64,000 bases of DNA from an uncultured beta proteobacterium (GTDB lineage: Bacteria > Pseudomonadota > Gammaproteobacteria > Burkholderiales > SG8-39), in contig CAWALA010000001.1 of the NCBI GenBank assembly GCA_963782655.1, positions 92,756 through 156,755 of the forward strand, written 5' to 3'. Shown here in pieces: positions 60,249-64,000 of the stretch. A program made the position numbers and the translations under genes. Numbering within the stretch: position 1 is the stretch's first letter; each line of letters starts with the position of its first letter. The notes under the pieces are model-generated. The model saw nothing but the letters and a program-made list of their open reading frames with translations, made no database searches and was not told the DNA's origin.

Positions 60249-60501
60249 TTAGTACGGGGTCCAGTACACGTAGGCGGGCTGGGCGATGTCCGTCGCAGCG
60301 CGACCTGCCAGGCCGGCGGTGCCGTTCGCCTTGGCTGCTTCCAGGTCGGGTTGGTCGTTGAACGACGGCGGGATCGAAACTGCCACCGTCGGGCGCGGCT
60401 TCCAGCTTGCCCTGCTCGGGGAAGTCGTTGAAGGACGAGGTCGTCGCGAACACGGGTGCGGCGGCGAGGCTGAACAACGAGGCGATCAGAACACGTTTCA
60501 T
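60249..60501 (-). CDS. small secreted protein (about 84 aa), one frameshift
   Basis: MKRVLIASLFSLAAAPVFA signal peptide. C-terminus ...DIAQPAYVYWTPY* in the alternate frame. Confidence 0.3.
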
Positions 60502-60636
60502 GGCAAGTCTCCTTGGGTCGGGGTTAGGGGTCCGGCGCACCATGCGCCGCACTTGTCACTTAGACGCGGCAAGGAGAAGAAAATGGCTACGGATCAATAC
60601 GTACTCGATTAGGTAGTACCGGTGGCATGACCGGAG

Positions 60637-61716
60637 CTATGCAAGCGCGCCCTTCAGGCCGAGCCCGGACTCCCGGGCGCGCACGATCGCCTGTCCCCGG
60701 TTCTCGACGGCAAGCTTGTCGAAGATGCGGGTGATGTGGTTGCGAACCGTCTTCTCGGCCATCTCGAGATGCGCCGCGATCTGCGCGTTATCCAGGCCCT
60801 GCGCGATGCGCTCGAGAATCTCCATTTCGCGCCCGGTGAGGGCCTGTAGTTCGCTCGGCCGCGCCCGCGCGCCCGTCGACGACGGCAGGAACGCGCGCAA
60901 CTCGGCGAGAAATGCGCCCCACGCGGGCTCGTCCTCGGTGAGCACGTGATTCGCGCTGTCGAGCGACACCAGCTTCGCGCCCGGGATCAGCGTCGCGAGC
61001 AGCCGGCCTTCCGCGAATGGCGCGGCGGGGTCGTCCTTGGGGTGGAGAACCAGGGTCGGGCACTGCACTTTGGGCGCCGAACCGGTGACATCCAACTCGC
61101 CGGCCGCCCGGAGCAGGCGGGCTGCAACCGCGCCAGTGGAAGACTTCTGCTGCAACTCGGCGAGCGATCGAAGTCGCTCCGGCGACCCGGTTGGCTGCAG
61201 GAACACCGGCCAGACCTGACGGAACGCGGCGTTTTCGATTCCCCAGCCCAGCTCGGCCAGCTTGACCAGAAGCTCCCGCGCCTCGCGCTGCCCGGGAGTC
61301 GTCGCGCGCCTGATCGCACCCCTCGCATAGGCGCCGAACAGCACCAGTTGACTCACGCGCTCGGGGTGGCGCGCCGCGTACTCGATCGCGATGGCGCCGC
61401 CGTGGCACATGCCGATGAGCGGAAAGCGCTCCAGCCCGGCGGCATCGACGACCGCTTCGAGGTCTCTCACCCAGGCATCCAGCGACATCTCTGCCGGCTC
61501 CCGATCCGACAGGCCGAAGCCGCGCATGTCATGGCGCAGCAGCGCATGCCGGCTGCTGAATTCCTCGAGATAGGGCTTCCACACGGGGCATTGCCAGTCG
61601 AGCTCGAGATGATTGAGATAGAACACGGAACGCACAAGCGGCGGACCCGATCCGTCGGTGGTGTAGGCGATGCGCGTACCATCCGCGCTGCTGCAGAACC
61701 GGATCTGCTGGGCCAT
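60637..61716 (-). CDS. LuxR-family transcriptional regulator fused to an N-terminal alpha/beta-hydrolase domain
   Basis: Intact 360 aa. Hydrolase nucleophile elbow GMCHGG. C-terminal ...LTGREMEILERIAQGLDNAQIAAHLEMAEKTVRNHITRIFDKL (LuxR HTH). Confidence 0.7.
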   Translation of the reverse strand: MAQQIRFCSSADGTRIAYTTDGSGPPLVRSVFYLNHLELDWQCPVWKPYLEEFSSRHALLRHDMRGFGLSDREPAEMSLDAWVRDLEAVVDAAGLERFPLIGMCHGGAIAIEYAARHPERVSQLVLFGAYARGAIRRATTPGQREARELLVKLAELGWGIENAAFRQVWPVFLQPTGSPERLRSLAELQQKSSTGAVAARLLRAAGELDVTGSAPKVQCPTLVLHPKDDPAAPFAEGRLLATLIPGAKLVSLDSANHVLTEDEPAWGAFLAELRAFLPSSTGARARPSELQALTGREMEILERIAQGLDNAQIAAHLEMAEKTVRNHITRIFDKLAVENRGQAIVRARESGLGLKGALA

Positions 61717-61787
61717 GCCGGGCAGTTCCCCCGTAGGCAAGAGAATGCCCGCACACGATAGCCCCTGCGGCACGCCAGCGCAAACCT

Positions 61788-62075
61788 TCACGCCGCCGCC
61801 GGATTGATCCACAACCGCATCAGGCGCGAGAACGCCGAAATTCGCGGCGCGACGAGGCTCAGGCGGCAACTGTCGAATGTCGTGACCAGGGTTGTCCCCT
61901 TGCCGTTCAGCTCGACCGCCTCGCCCGCCTGCATGACATAGTCGGCGGCGTCCGTGTCTTGCGTGAGCCAGGCACTGCCGTCTTCGACCCTTACCTTCAT
62001 CCCGCGCGCGCCGTCGATGCGGAGATTTCCGCCCTTTTGCAGCGTCACATGCTTGTCGACACCGTTCATGGACAT
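61788..62075 (-). CDS. small DUF2917-like protein
   Basis: Intact 95 aa MSMNGVDKHVTLQKGGNLRIDGARGMKVRVEDGSAWLT.... Confidence 0.4.
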   Translation of the reverse strand: MSMNGVDKHVTLQKGGNLRIDGARGMKVRVEDGSAWLTQDTDAADYVMQAGEAVELNGKGTTLVTTFDSCRLSLVAPRISAFSRLMRLWINPAAA

Positions 62076-62079
62076 CTCC

Positions 62080-62220
62080 TCAGATCAGCGGCCGCGGATT
62101 GCGCGGCGGGGTGGAGTACAGGCTGACCCACCAATCCAGGAATCCCTCATACGCGCGGGCCAGGCTGAAGCCCTGGAACGCCGAAGCGGTGCGGTGCAGG
62201 ACGATCTGGTATGTGCTCAT
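62080..62220 (-). CDS. micro-protein (46 aa) with strong Shine-Dalgarno sequence
   Basis: GGAGG-N5-ATG. MSTYQIVLHRTASAFQGFSLARAYEGFLDWWVSLYSTPPRNPRPLI. Confidence 0.3.
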   Translation of the reverse strand: MSTYQIVLHRTASAFQGFSLARAYEGFLDWWVSLYSTPPRNPRPLI

Positions 62221-62310
62221 GGCGACCTCCGTTATGAAGACGAGCACATGGTGTGGCGACCGGGATACCCGGCGCATGAGGCCGGCGTCCCGGGACGGAC
62301 CGAAAACCGG

Positions 62311-63381
62311 CTAGGAAGCCCGGGACTGCAGTCCCACTCCAGCCTGCCGGGCAAGCACGATGGCCTGCGACCGGTTCTCGACCCCCAGCTTGTCGAAGAT
62401 GTGGGTGATATGGTTGCGCACCGTCTTCTCGGACATGTCGAGGTGCGCGGCGATCTGGGCGTTGTCGAGCCCCTGGGCGATGCGCTCGAGGATTTCGGAC
62501 TCGCGCGGGGTGAGTCCGTCGAAGCGCACCGCCCGGCCGCCTGACGGGGCTATGAAGGTGCGCAGCTCTTGCAGGAACTGGGCGAACGCTGGTTCGTGCC
62601 CCAGAAGGATATGGTTCTCGGTCTCCAGCGTCACCAGGCGCGCGCCGGGGATCAGGCTCGCCAGTTGGCGGCCCTCCTCGAACGGCGAGCGACGGTCGCC
62701 GCGCCCGTGCAGTATCAGCACGGGGCAGGAGACAAGCGCCGCACGCTGTTGCACGTCAATGTTGAAGAAGGCGCGGATGATGCGCACGGCGTTCTCCGGC
62801 GAGGCGGACTTGCGTTGCAGTTCGCTCATCGAGTTAATCTGCTCCATCGTCGCGCCTGGAGCGAATGCCATGGCGAACATCTGCCGGTAAGTCCCGTCCT
62901 CCCGACCCCAGCCCGTCTCGACCAGCTTGAGCTGGGCCTCGAGCTCCGCCACACGCTCGGGCGGCAGTCCGCGCTTCATCCAACCGCGCGCATATCCGCC
63001 CAGCATCGCCAGATGAGTGACCCGCTCCGGGTGCCGCACCGCGTACTCGATCGAGATCGATGCCCCCTGCGAGCAGCCAAGCAACGCGAAGCGATCGAAT
63101 CCTGCGGCACCAACCACCGCCTCCAGGTCGCGTACCCAAGCGTCGAAAGAAAAATCCGCGACATCCCAGTCCGACAGTCCGCACCCGCGCTCGTCCATCC
63201 GTACCAGGGTGAAATCCTTCGAGAGTTCCTCGATCCAGGGCCGCCACAACGGACTTTCCCATTCGTACTCGAGGTGGGTCAGCCAGTGCGGGGCCTTCAC
63301 CAGAACCGGCCCCTTGCCGCTCAGCGCATAGGCGATCCGCGTCCCGTCGAAGCTTCGGCAGAAGCGGACTTGCTGGTTCAT
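62311..63381 (-). CDS. LuxR-family regulator fused to alpha/beta-hydrolase domain, paralogue of 60637-61716
   Basis: Intact 356 aa, GCSQGA nucleophile elbow, near-identical C-terminal HTH ...LTPRESEILERIAQGLDNAQIAAHLDMSEKTVRNHITHIFDKL. Confidence 0.7.
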   Translation of the reverse strand: MNQQVRFCRSFDGTRIAYALSGKGPVLVKAPHWLTHLEYEWESPLWRPWIEELSKDFTLVRMDERGCGLSDWDVADFSFDAWVRDLEAVVGAAGFDRFALLGCSQGASISIEYAVRHPERVTHLAMLGGYARGWMKRGLPPERVAELEAQLKLVETGWGREDGTYRQMFAMAFAPGATMEQINSMSELQRKSASPENAVRIIRAFFNIDVQQRAALVSCPVLILHGRGDRRSPFEEGRQLASLIPGARLVTLETENHILLGHEPAFAQFLQELRTFIAPSGGRAVRFDGLTPRESEILERIAQGLDNAQIAAHLDMSEKTVRNHITHIFDKLGVENRSQAIVLARQAGVGLQSRAS

Positions 63382-63408
63382 GTGCTTACAATAACCCACG
63401 GAGGAAGC

Positions 63409-64000
63409 GTGGACCACAATACAAGCCACGACTACGTCATCGTCGGCGCCGGCAGCGCCGGCTGCCTGCTCGCCAACCGCCTGTCCGCGGATCCCGCGGT
63501 GTCCGTGCTGCTGCTCGAGGCCGGCGGCAAGGACGACTGGTTCTGGATCGACGTCCCCGTCGGCTACCTCTATACGATCGCCAATCCGCGCACCGACTGG
63601 TGCTACAAGACCGCGCCCGACGAGCACCTGGCCAACCGCTCGATCCACTACGCGCGCGGGCGCGTGCTCGGCGGCTGCTCCTCGATCAACGCGATGATCC
63701 ACATGCGCGGGCAGAAGGAGGACTGGGACTACTGGGCGTCGCTCGGCAATCCGGGCTGGTCGTGGAAGGAGATGCTGCCGCTGTTTCAGCAGCTGGAGGA
63801 CTACGAGCACGGGCGCGGTGGATAGCTACGGCTCCGGGGGCGAGGTCCGCGTCGAGGATCCTCGAGTGCATTGGGAGATACTCGATGCCTGGCGCAGTGC
63901 CGCAGCGGAGGAGTGCGGCATCCAGCCCATCCGGACGTTCAACACCGGGGACAACACGGGCTGCGCGTATTTCCAGATGAACCAGAGGAAGGGCGTGCGC
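63409..64000 (+). CDS. GMC-family oxidoreductase (choline/alcohol dehydrogenase-like), 5' part; frameshift near 63825
   Basis: GTG start after a GGAGGAAG Shine-Dalgarno sequence. DYVIVGAGSAGCLLANRLS (FAD GxGxxG) ...GRVLGGCSSINAMI (GMC signature 1). Continues past the window end. Confidence 0.75.

Overview
This is a high-GC (about 68-70%) chromosomal segment that looks proteobacterial, most likely betaproteobacterial (Rhodocyclales or Burkholderiales type). That guess rests on my recollection of homologues; it is not a database result. It is gene-dense, with roughly 65 protein-coding genes on both strands. I found no rRNA, tRNA, CRISPR array, transposase or integrase.

Recognisable content:
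- glnS
- ettA
- pepN
- ndh (NDH-2)
- a cspA-family cold-shock gene with a long leader and a clean terminator
- a DEAD-box RhlE-like helicase
- a LytS/LytTR two-component pair
- a MASE1-PAS histidine kinase with a FixJ-type response regulator
- an ECF sigma factor
- a PaaZ/BoxD-type aldehyde dehydrogenase followed by an SRAP (YedK-like) gene
- an NfeD-stomatin operon translationally coupled to a nitroreductase
- an orphan xanthine-dehydrogenase-family Mo subunit
- two paralogous LuxR/alpha-beta-hydrolase fusion regulators
- a GMC oxidoreductase

The feature I rank highest is a roughly 5.5 kb tandem-fused double uvrA-like gene (34309..39824). It carries a family of short palindromic repeats (core GGGACAGACCCC with A/T-rich arms). 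Copies sit in-frame inside the coding sequence, in the inter-module linker, in the C-terminal tail of the DEAD-box helicase, and just after three stop codons. A separate 105-bp G-rich, hairpin-containing insertion sits inside the second UvrA module.

One caveat governs the whole window. Homology-guided reading shows about 60-70 apparent frameshifts, including in essential single-copy genes (glnS, ettA, pepN, rhlE-like, ndh). The most likely cause is uncorrected indel error in the assembly rather than real pseudogenes. All CDS coordinates for frameshifted genes are therefore outer boundaries reconstructed across frames.
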